64,000 nucleotides of DNA from Gloeobacterales cyanobacterium. Its GTDB lineage: Bacteria; Cyanobacteriota; Cyanobacteriia; Gloeobacterales; PMM-0068. The position numbers were made by a program, and so were the translations under genes. The notes beneath the pieces were generated by a model. That model was not told the DNA's origin and made no database searches. It saw only the letters and a list, made by a program, of their open reading frames with translations. The stretch is from the NCBI GenBank assembly GCA_038245785.1, contig JBBRSB010000002.1, positions 1-64,000 on the forward strand. Direction: 5' to 3'. Shown here one piece after another: positions 10,075 through 18,236 of this stretch. Positions within the stretch are counted from its first letter, which is position 1. Each line of letters begins with the position of its first letter.

Positions 10075-10389
10075 TTAGAATTTACTACTTTTGGGTTCCC
10101 AGCCTTGCTGCTCACGCCTCTTCTGTGCCCGCTTGGCTAAAGTCTTCCATGCTATGAGTGTTTTCACTTGATGCTCTTCTGGGCGCTTACTTACACCGTC
10201 ACGGTATACAAGTCTGCCATCAAAAGTACCCATCCACGATGTTCCATTCCGATAATTGTCGCTCCCTTTCTCCCAGCACAAAAAATATCCTGGGGTAGAC
10301 AAAGATTGTACGCATCCGGGCTCAGTAAGACCATATCCACCTAAAGCAATAACAATAGCCGATATGGTTGCTGTAATTTCTTCAAACAT
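10075..10389 (-). CDS. Small hypothetical protein, paralog of 8476-8790
   Basis: Shared N- and C-terminal motifs and two central Cys. Confidence 0.65.
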   Translation of the reverse strand: MFEEITATISAIVIALGGYGLTEPGCVQSLSTPGYFLCWEKGSDNYRNGTSWMGTFDGRLVYRDGVSKRPEEHQVKTLIAWKTLAKRAQKRREQQGWEPKSSKF

Positions 10390-10742
10390 AAATGACTTCA
10401 GGGCAAGTTAAGAACACTACTGTATGCACATCAACACGGCTTGAAGCTTACCTCGCACATTGAAAAGATAGCTTTGCGCTTTCCTCTCAAAGGTGAGCAA
10501 CAACTGCTCTAATTAATATTCCCGGACGCGGCAAGAGTATAACTAAATTTGTCTCAGTCGCCGCAATCGTAAGACCGCAGCCGTATCAATATCAATGCTC
10601 AGTTTTGTAATGGACGCCGATGGTCCGAACCGTTGTGGTCATAGTCTTAGTGTCGATAGTAACCGCTGGTGTTCTGGCACTCTTGTAAATGTAGTATATG
10701 CGACAATTAGTTACATTTCCTGAAAAAGGGGGTGATTAAAAG

Positions 10743-10865
10743 ATGACAAAGCAAGGCAGACAGTATAGAGATGCTGATTCAGGTCGGTATATCCCTAAAA
10801 AGTATGCTGACCAGCATCCCAAAACAACTGTCTCTGAACCACGACCAAAACCAAAGGGTAAATAA
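10743..10865 (+). CDS. 40-aa basic microprotein (not in ORF track)
   Basis: MTKQGRQYRDADSGRYIPKKYADQHPKTTVSEPRPKPKGK*; GGGGGTGA RBS upstream; downstream hairpin CCGACTG...CAGTCGG near 10898-10918. Confidence 0.65.
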   Translation: MTKQGRQYRDADSGRYIPKKYADQHPKTTVSEPRPKPKGK

Positions 10866-11193
10866 CACACGTTTGGCTGCTTAAATGCATGAGATGGACC
10901 GACTGCGCTAACAGTCGGCCCTTATTGTACACACGGAAGTGATCAGATCAATTCAATGCTCGGTGTTTAGGCGAGCTCACCGATTAGTTAATAACAAATG
11001 GAGTGGAGAGGCGAAGGCCGCAGTAGTGGGCGCTACGTTCAAGGAAAGTAAACCCTGCTTACTCCTTCCAAACAGGGCTACGCAAGGTATGAGAACTTTT
11101 TTTGGATCGGTGCATCACGGGTCCCCGTCAGCGTAGTCTTTTGCCCTACCCCTGTATCTTGTCCATATGTACAACTGTGCATACAATAAAGCT

Positions 11194-11460
11194 ATGGCGT
11201 ATCAATGGGACAGAGATAAAGCTGCAACCAATCTCCTCAAACATGGAATTGATTTTGCTGATGCTGTCTCTGTTTTCTCTGATGATCGAGCGATAACAGT
11301 ACCTGATGAGCGCTTTGACGAGGAGAGATTCGCCACGATGGGCATGGATGCTTCAGGCCGAGTGCTTGTGGTGGTGTACACCTAGCGTGGAAATGAGATT
11401 CGCTTGATTTCCGCTCGACCTGCGAATCGTCATCAACGCAAACAATATGAAGAGGGATAA
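11194..11460 (+). pseudogene. BrnT-family toxin with in-frame amber stop
   Basis: WDRDKAATNLLKHGIDFADA...VVVYT-[TAG 11383-11385]-RGNEIRLISARPA...EEG*; the frame continues past the stop. Confidence 0.85.
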
Positions 11461-11463
11461 ACG

Positions 11464-11718
11464 ATGGAAACAGAATATGACTTCAGCAAAGGGAAACGGG
11501 GTGCTATTGACCCCGTGGGTGCTGGGAAAACGCGCATCACTATCCGCCTGGATGATGAGGTATTAGCCTGGTTTCGAGAGCAGGTTCATTTGACGGGAGG
11601 TGGAAACTATCAAACCCTAATAAACGAAGCACTAAAAGCCTATATCCAACAGACCCACGAGCCTTTAGAAGCGACGTTGCGGCGTGTATTACGAGAGGAG
11701 TTGGGCAGTTATGAGTAA
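11464..11718 (+). CDS. BrnA-family antitoxin
   Basis: EYDFSKGKRG, KTRITIRLDDEVLAWF, YQTLINEAL motifs; directly follows brnT. Confidence 0.9.
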   Translation: METEYDFSKGKRGAIDPVGAGKTRITIRLDDEVLAWFREQVHLTGGGNYQTLINEALKAYIQQTHEPLEATLRRVLREELGSYE

Positions 11719-11896
11719 CTGAGAAACAAAACCGAATTTAGTTAACAAAGTTTAGGCACTTAAAGATGAAAGTCCTCTGGATCCCTATCAGTGTGACCTT
11801 TTGCTCTGCCATCGTATCCCAAAGCAGAGGCTTTCTTGCCCTTCGATCGATAATAAAATAAAGAATAAAGGCATGCCCCTTAGTTGGAGAAGCAGG

Positions 11897-12145
11897 ATGA
11901 CTAAAGAAACCGTTTTACTCGAATGCTGGAGAGAACTAACGCCTGAAGCTCAGGATCGGGTTTTGGAATTCGTCCAAGCATTGAATCCACACAAAGAGTC
12001 TACGGAGTTCATACCTCAAACTCCTCTTGGCAATAAACTCTGGGAGATTCGGCAACGGGCTATTTCAAAAGGACTGCAACTACTTTCTGAAAAGGAGCTA
12101 GAGGAAGAACTGGCAGACCGCAGAGGCGGGTATCGTGAGGCTTAA
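11897..12145 (+). CDS. Probable antitoxin of the PIN toxin
   Basis: ATG at 11897; WRELTPEAQDRVLEFV...TPLGNKL...EELADRRGG; overlaps the PIN gene. Confidence 0.65.
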   Translation: MTKETVLLECWRELTPEAQDRVLEFVQALNPHKESTEFIPQTPLGNKLWEIRQRAISKGLQLLSEKELEEELADRRGGYREA

Positions 12146-12545
12146 GAAAACCTATATTGATTCAGGTGTACTGATAAACGCCTTTCGTGGAACCACAGAA
12201 GTCAGCCTTAAAGCCACTCAAATCCTTGATGACCCGATAAGAGAATTCGCTTCCAGTCCGTTTGTCAAGCTAGAAGCCTTACCCAAAGCCATCTATCACA
12301 AGCAGCAAGAAGAGACTGAATTCTATGAAGTCTTCTTTGCAGCTACCAACCATTGGGCATATGACCTAGAACAGATTTTCAAGACAGCCGATCACATTGC
12401 CCGTACCTATGGACTGGCTGGTATGGATGCCTTACATGTTGCGGCTGCTCTCTCTATTGGAGTAGATGAGTTAGTGACAACGGAAAGAACTACCAAACCT
12501 ATGCATCGGGTAACTGAGGTTCGGATTGTTTCAATAGCAAACTAA
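12135..12545 (+). CDS. VapC-like PIN-domain toxin
   Basis: YIDSGVLI, conserved E, and MDALHVAAA acidic residues. Confidence 0.88.
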   Translation: MRLKKTYIDSGVLINAFRGTTEVSLKATQILDDPIREFASSPFVKLEALPKAIYHKQQEETEFYEVFFAATNHWAYDLEQIFKTADHIARTYGLAGMDALHVAAALSIGVDELVTTERTTKPMHRVTEVRIVSIAN

Positions 12546-12697
12546 AGGAGCGAGGTTGTGATGTATGAGCGTTAAGGCATCAGCAGCTTTACTCGAAAGT
12601 TCGGAGGCAAGCGGGTAGGGACAGAATAGGTTTCAGCGAGGGTTTGGCCAGAAAGAACGCCAGATAGTCCACCGTATAACGCTTTGCCCTCTGCAGC

Positions 12698-13153
12698 TTA
12701 ACTCGAACTCACATTTGTATCTTCATTCGTCTCGCGAACTTTGGCATGAGAGCCTGGCCAAGAGTCGTGTTGTGGTAGACCATCGGTGATCTCAAACCAG
12801 GGGGACTTCGAGCCAACGAAAATGTGCCCTTCTGGTTTGTTGTTCGGTGCTTGATCCAATCCGCCCAATGGAACTCCAATCTTGGTGGGATCGTTGTCGT
12901 AGGTGCTTATCAAATTTGAGCCGCAAACGGAGCAGAAGTGCTTTACAACACACTCCGACGAGTGATAGCGGGACAACAGTTCTTCGCCCTTAGTCCACTT
13001 GAACTGCGAGACCTTGATCGTGGCGCGGCTTCGGAAGGCGGAACCGTGCCACCGTCGACATTTTGAGCAGTGGCAATGAAAGATTGGGCCAAGTTCGCCC
13101 TCAATTTCGTAGGTAATTCCCTCGCAAAGGCAGCGACCCGTAAGTAGTTGCAT
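12698..13153 (-). CDS. GFA/CENP-V family protein
   Basis: GRCLCEG, CHCSKCRR, FCSVCGS Zn motifs. Confidence 0.92.
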   Translation of the reverse strand: MQLLTGRCLCEGITYEIEGELGPIFHCHCSKCRRWHGSAFRSRATIKVSQFKWTKGEELLSRYHSSECVVKHFCSVCGSNLISTYDNDPTKIGVPLGGLDQAPNNKPEGHIFVGSKSPWFEITDGLPQHDSWPGSHAKVRETNEDTNVSSS

Positions 13154-13218
13154 CGGCTCCCCTTTTGTAGGCTGCTCTTCTTTCTAAGCTCCCAGATTTT
13201 CGACAGTAGGAGTTCTTT

Positions 13219-14625
13219 CTAGAGCTTATGGTAAAGATTATAAATGCGGCGCACTTGCTCTTGAAAAGCGGCTCCTTTTGCTGGGTCTACCATACAAACG
13301 AAATTAGCAAAACCAGATAGGGAGGCCAAGAGGTCTTGCGCATGGCCCCAATGTTTGCCTTCTAATCCGTCCCGTTCGATTTGATAAAGGGTGGCTCGGA
13401 AGCGTTTGAGCTCTTTGCGGTCAATGCCTAGTCGGTCATTCACTACAATTCCAGTCACTTCCTGCTGACGACCCTTGCGTAGAACACGGGTTTTGTCGGG
13501 ATGAATGATAAAGCCTTCCTGCTGGACAAGGAAAGCCACGCGTCTGAGGAGCGTGTTTACCTGCTGGATAGGCCCACCAGAAGCAGAGAAGGTGAGGTCA
13601 TCGGCATAGCGCGTATAGCGAAATCCCAGCTTCGTTGCCATCGTGGTTAGGCTCTGGTCTAGCTTGCGACAGAGCAGATTGGTAATCACAGGACTGGTCG
13701 GTGCGCCTTGGGGCAAATGACGTTCGGTGTGGGCAACGAAGTACTGTTTACGGTCTAGTTCAAGGGCTGTGATCTCTGGTTCTGTGCAGAGGAGAGCAAA
13801 GACCGTAGCGGCTGCCTCTGAATAGCCAAAGGCCTTGAATAATCCTTTGACCCGGCGATAGGTAATGGTGGGAAAAAAATTCTGGAGGTCTAGATTGATA
13901 ACCACATCAGACCCAACATGAGGCTGGGCATTGGAGACAATAGAGCGACCGGGACGAAACCCGTGGGCGGCTTCATGGAGCTGAACTTTTTCTAAGATGT
14001 TGTGCATCACCCAGTACTGGGCTTGCTTTAAGCGGGGCATCGGAGCTGAGATCGTGCGCTCACCGCCTGTCTTCTTGGGAATCGTGAAGCGGACGTAGTG
14101 AGAGACAGTGGACGTCCGACGGGCAAAAGCTAGAAATCGCAGGGCTCCGAGCGCAATGTCCATCGCCTGGGCAATTTCTTCTGCGCTGCCATAGGGTGGT
14201 AAACCGTAGCTGGCTAGGCGTTCTCGGTCGCATTCCATGGCATTGAGGCCAGCGGAGACGCCTTCGCCTAGATAGAGCAGTGCATATTGTTTACGTTGTT
14301 GCCAGACTTGAGCCCGTTCTATGCGTTCTTGTTCACGCCGTTCTTTATTCTCTTTTTGCTTCTGGCGGGAAGCTTCTAGTCTAAGTTTGCGGGCCTCTTT
14401 GCGGAGCTGCTCTTCATTGTTTAGGCGGCGGCTTTCAGCGTATAGGTCGTTCAGTTCTCTTTGCAGTTCTGCCCGACGGCGAATCTCATCCGCTGGGTCT
14501 TGAGGCACTTCTCCCTGACGAGGCCAAAAGCCAAGCCGGATCATCTCTTCCAGGATGAATTCATCTTTTGAGGTCTGACGAATCCGGTCGTATAGTTCTT
14601 GGCGGGTTCTGGGTTGTTCAGACAT
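13219..14625 (-). CDS. Retron-type reverse transcriptase with long N-terminal extension (type XIII-like)
   Basis: IPKKTGGER.I, AHGF, retron region X NAQPH (NAxxH), LPQGAPTSP, RYADD, region Y QEVTGIVVN. Confidence 0.95.
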   Translation of the reverse strand: MSEQPRTRQELYDRIRQTSKDEFILEEMIRLGFWPRQGEVPQDPADEIRRRAELQRELNDLYAESRRLNNEEQLRKEARKLRLEASRQKQKENKERREQERIERAQVWQQRKQYALLYLGEGVSAGLNAMECDRERLASYGLPPYGSAEEIAQAMDIALGALRFLAFARRTSTVSHYVRFTIPKKTGGERTISAPMPRLKQAQYWVMHNILEKVQLHEAAHGFRPGRSIVSNAQPHVGSDVVINLDLQNFFPTITYRRVKGLFKAFGYSEAAATVFALLCTEPEITALELDRKQYFVAHTERHLPQGAPTSPVITNLLCRKLDQSLTTMATKLGFRYTRYADDLTFSASGGPIQQVNTLLRRVAFLVQQEGFIIHPDKTRVLRKGRQQEVTGIVVNDRLGIDRKELKRFRATLYQIERDGLEGKHWGHAQDLLASLSGFANFVCMVDPAKGAAFQEQVRRIYNLYHKL

Positions 14626-14671
14626 TTAAACAAAACCTCAAGGGCATTGGTAGTCTGCCCTTAAAAACATG

Positions 14672-14902
14672 ACGCACACCAGATGGAAGGAGGCCCTTCG
14701 GAAATGGCCCAGGACTGGGTCGCTCAACTCAAGCGGGGACCCTACTACCCGTCTGGAAGCTGTGCAGGAGCCACCCCGTGAAGGATGGGTAGTAGGGTCC
14801 CCGCACAGTTAAGAGTGAACCAGTGATGCGTGGTTGGACAGAGTGCATGGACGGCGATTCACCGCCCGGATTGCAAGGTCTAGCCCCTTCCACCGGATGC
14901 GC
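14672..14902 (-). ncRNA. Retron msr-msd ncRNA
   Basis: Terminal arms 14883-14902 and 14672-14694 pair over about 20 bp with GU pairs and bulges. UAG follows the 5' arm (candidate branch G at 14880). msr hairpin GGCGG-UGAA-UCGCC. msd stem has a perfect 18-bp inverted repeat (14733-14750 with 14787-14804), extended by 14714-14725 with 14813-14824. Confidence 0.85.
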
Positions 14903-14908
14903 AACGCA

Positions 14909-14914
14909 GTTATA
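14909..14914 (-). promoter_or_regulatory. Candidate -10 element for the retron ncRNA/RT transcript
   Basis: TATAAC on the minus strand about 7 nt upstream of the ncRNA 5' arm (14902); no well-spaced -35 seen. Confidence 0.35.
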
Positions 14915-15028
14915 ACCTATCACGGTCGCAATTTCGCATTTATCAAGATTTTGTGAAACCTGAGACTATAAAAATTACAGCTTTTGGTCTCGTCTATAGA
15001 TGCTTCCTAGAAGCACTTAGTTTTCGAG

Positions 15029-16537
15029 TCAGCCGAAAAATTGGTCATATGCTGCTTGTAAAAACTTAGATTTAGGCTTGATTTCACTAAGCGCTATTTT
15101 TTTATATTCTATTAATGAATTGTGAAAATCATCAGTTCTACGAACAGGATCGCTTAATTTATACTTCATGAATTCAATTAATTCATCTCTTGTATAGTAT
15201 TTGGCAATTAGCTCTAAGGTCTCTACTGATAAGTTTTGCACTCCTTGACAGACTTCCTCTAAGTCATTGAATTCTTTTTTTGCAAACTGGAGCAAGATAT
15301 TTGTATTGCCAAAGTAGAAATTGCCAAGTGTTATAGTCAATGGAAAAACTTTAGCATCAGATGAGAATCCAGGAATAGACCAGACATTATTTTTAAGGTG
15401 ATTGATGTTCTTTTTAAGTTGCTTCATAGCATCACGAAGCGTAGTGTTTATATTGCTTTTTATGTCTTGAATATTATTACGTGTTTTAGTTTTCAACGTC
15501 AGCATAGATTTTTTGCACTCTATAAGAACTAAATCTTCTCCTTTAAGCCAAAACCAATCAGCAGGTCCTTTTGTTTCTGACTTATTCACCTTCCCAGGCA
15601 TCTCAGCCATAAGCTCTGTGCTGCCCGTCATGTCCCTCAAAAGTTCTCCAACATATTTCTCAAATATCTTGCCAAATTCATTAGTGAAAGTCTGTCCATC
15701 AGCACTTAGCAAAGTATAGTAGATACCCCAAGTGATTTTCTGTTGAAGCATCTGAATCACAGGTACTACAAGTGTACCGTCCTGACACTTGATAATTGGT
15801 TTTTCATATAAAGGGTTATAAGCATAACGTTCCTGCTCAGGAACACCAGTTTCTCTAGCCCTGCTCTCGGCAATATTACGAAATTCATTATAGTCGGATT
15901 GAGTTTGTGCAAGAAAAAGTTCAACCTTGGATCTGTTAAATACTTCATGACCGTCTATTAGCAAATTTTCTATTGAGACAGTTCTGTTTTCTACTGCTTG
16001 AATATAAAGACCAAATCCAATGGTCATGAAATCACTGATGGAAAGATTTGTAATCTCCTGGAATCTTGAAGAGGGAGAATAATTTAAGTTTTGGATCGTT
16101 GGAGGTAGCATCTCCATCAGGGCATAGAAACGAGCTAGCTGATCTTTAAATTGTTTTCGAAGAGTATCTTGATCTGCCAGGAGCCTAACTAAATGAAGTA
16201 AGTGATTTTCATTAAAGAGATTCTCATCAGCAGTTACTGTACTATTCAAAAGGGGAGTGAAAAGATCCCAAGCCCCCATGCAGGAAATATTACTCCTCGC
16301 AAAAATTTGTTTGGGTTTATGGTCATTTGCTGTCAGGATACTGGTCTTACATATAAATGCAAGCTTTGAATCCTCAGAAAGTTTAGTGTCTAATACAGCT
16401 TGCTTAAACTGGATGTCACTACTCTTAAACAGAGGACTTCGGACTGAACTAAGGAGATTACTCATCATCAACACATCCTTAGTTTTGTACCTGCGAATCG
16501 AGTCAATAGACTCACTTAGACTCATATATTTATCCAA
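15029..16537 (-). CDS. AT-rich hypothetical protein with C-terminal PD-(D/E)XK-like nuclease motif
   Basis: GKIFEKYVGELL...GPADWFWLKGEDLVLIECKK; visibly more AT-rich than flanking genes. Confidence 0.6.
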   Translation of the reverse strand: MDKYMSLSESIDSIRRYKTKDVLMMSNLLSSVRSPLFKSSDIQFKQAVLDTKLSEDSKLAFICKTSILTANDHKPKQIFARSNISCMGAWDLFTPLLNSTVTADENLFNENHLLHLVRLLADQDTLRKQFKDQLARFYALMEMLPPTIQNLNYSPSSRFQEITNLSISDFMTIGFGLYIQAVENRTVSIENLLIDGHEVFNRSKVELFLAQTQSDYNEFRNIAESRARETGVPEQERYAYNPLYEKPIIKCQDGTLVVPVIQMLQQKITWGIYYTLLSADGQTFTNEFGKIFEKYVGELLRDMTGSTELMAEMPGKVNKSETKGPADWFWLKGEDLVLIECKKSMLTLKTKTRNNIQDIKSNINTTLRDAMKQLKKNINHLKNNVWSIPGFSSDAKVFPLTITLGNFYFGNTNILLQFAKKEFNDLEEVCQGVQNLSVETLELIAKYYTRDELIEFMKYKLSDPVRRTDDFHNSLIEYKKIALSEIKPKSKFLQAAYDQFFG

Positions 16538-16567
16538 TCAAGAGTGGTGCCACATGTTCTACTCAGC

Positions 16568-18217
16568 TTAGGGTTGCACAAAGCTCTGGCCATGTTTGCG
16601 GCGTAGCGCCAGAATATGCTCACAGGGACCTTTAAATAGCTTATTCTGCTGGTGCCAGTTGCAGGTGCATTCGGCACTGACGATCCGCTCATCCGCATCA
16701 ATGATCAACGTTGGAAGATAGGTTTGTCTAGTGGTACGAACTTTGCCTTGGAGGAAAAGTACGGCATTGACTTCTGTGGCGGAGGTGACCTGAACGCCAT
16801 CGGACTGTTCGAGGAATCGTTCTGCGGCTTCTTCCCGAGGATTGGCAAAACGCAAGCTTTCTAAAGGCAGCGGGTCTTGGCTCAATTCCCGTACCCGATA
16901 GACCCCTTTATTGAGGTCATAGATCACGCGTCCGGCTTGAGTGTAGGCTCCGAGGGCCCCAAGCACGAGAGAACGGTCTAGTTTCAGCCGTTGGGCAAGA
17001 CTGTCTGCACTTTCGGCCCAGTTTTGTTTCAGAGCATTAAAGATTCCTTTCTTGGTGAGGTCATCAACCTGGGTGCGGGGAGCCAAGAGGTCAAAATTTC
17101 CGGATTTAGACCAGTCGTTCGTGGTCCAACCGGAGAGACCCAAGGTGAAGGACAGATCCCCTAGATCGGCCACGTAGAAAGAAGGAAGCCCCGTGCCTAG
17201 CAGATGGACCGTAAACTTGCGGGCGACTGGGATTAAACGTTCGAGGATATGAATACGGCGGCGGCCCCAGACCCGAATTGTCTGAGCGGTGCGGCCTTGA
17301 TAAATTGAGCGAGGACAGACCACTTCTAAGTCCCAAGGGTCAAAGACAATCCGCACAGGCTCTCCCGGCACCAAGTGATAGCGCATACTGCGGGGGCCTT
17401 TTTTCTCTTTATGACGACGGAGGATAAAGCAAAGGTTGTAGACATCCATCGGTTCTAGATCAAAGGACACCAGGGGTAAGGACATCGCGGAACTGACTTG
17501 AAGAAAGCCTCGAACCCAACTGTCCGGCAGATCAATTTTGACTTCTTTGTACTCTTCTTCGCCCGTAGTTTGCACCTCGAAGCCAGAAGGGTCTACTTCG
17601 AAGCGGGTCTGCTTATAGGTGCGGATTTTTTGGAATTCGTCATAGAGAGCAGCGGAGTAGTCAATGTTGGTTGTCCCGCAGGAAAAGTCACCGACGTTTT
17701 GGAAGACTTCATAACTGGCTCCCAAGCGCCCATAGCTCGATTCATCCTGGCTGAAGCACTCAAAGAACACTTCATCGGGATGGACCGTAATCACCGGGTC
17801 TAAGACGAACCAGGCATCCCGGTCTTTCTGATAGAGATAGTCGAAATACCGCTTCTGAGACCGATAGTAACCACTCATCCGTTCAGAACTGCGCTTAGTT
17901 AAGACATTCAAGTCCTGCTGAAGTTCACGGATACGGTCAGCCGTTTGTTGGCGTTGGGCGGCCACCAGTTGCCAATCAATCTGTTCTTGGCGAACGGCCC
18001 ATTCTAGATAAGCGGTTCGGTCTTTCGGCTTGAATCGCAGGTCTGAGACTACTACATCATGAAGGGCACTGATTGCTTCCCGGAAAGCAATATTCTGCCT
18101 GAGGTTCCCCAGGAAATAGACAGGTGCGCGCTTAAGGTCGGGGGCAAAGGACATCCGGGTATCACCGCCCCGGTCTAAGACGGCGCTATTCCCTTTGTAG
18201 GCGTAGTTAAATTCCAT
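16568..18217 (-). CDS. SWIM zinc-finger protein (retron type XIII-associated)
   Basis: C-terminal CTCNWH...GPCEH (CxC...CxH); N-terminal coiled-coil; DPVITVHPD..FFECFS. Confidence 0.85.
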   Translation of the reverse strand: MEFNYAYKGNSAVLDRGGDTRMSFAPDLKRAPVYFLGNLRQNIAFREAISALHDVVVSDLRFKPKDRTAYLEWAVRQEQIDWQLVAAQRQQTADRIRELQQDLNVLTKRSSERMSGYYRSQKRYFDYLYQKDRDAWFVLDPVITVHPDEVFFECFSQDESSYGRLGASYEVFQNVGDFSCGTTNIDYSAALYDEFQKIRTYKQTRFEVDPSGFEVQTTGEEEYKEVKIDLPDSWVRGFLQVSSAMSLPLVSFDLEPMDVYNLCFILRRHKEKKGPRSMRYHLVPGEPVRIVFDPWDLEVVCPRSIYQGRTAQTIRVWGRRRIHILERLIPVARKFTVHLLGTGLPSFYVADLGDLSFTLGLSGWTTNDWSKSGNFDLLAPRTQVDDLTKKGIFNALKQNWAESADSLAQRLKLDRSLVLGALGAYTQAGRVIYDLNKGVYRVRELSQDPLPLESLRFANPREEAAERFLEQSDGVQVTSATEVNAVLFLQGKVRTTRQTYLPTLIIDADERIVSAECTCNWHQQNKLFKGPCEHILALRRKHGQSFVQP

Positions 18218-18236
18218 AGGTTGCGTATTCCATAGA

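Noticed and set aside
12672..12700. attC-like right half (GCGTTATAC on the minus strand) after the GFA gene
   Set aside because: No matching left arm found; not enough to call a cassette.
13219..14625. RT as a group II intron, DGR or CRISPR-associated RT
   Set aside because: It has the retron NAxxH and VTG motifs and an msr-msd. No maturase/endonuclease domain, TR/VR pair or cas1 was seen.
14729..14923. 64-aa ORF upstream of the RT
   Set aside because: Overlaps the structured ncRNA and has no protein features; likely spurious.
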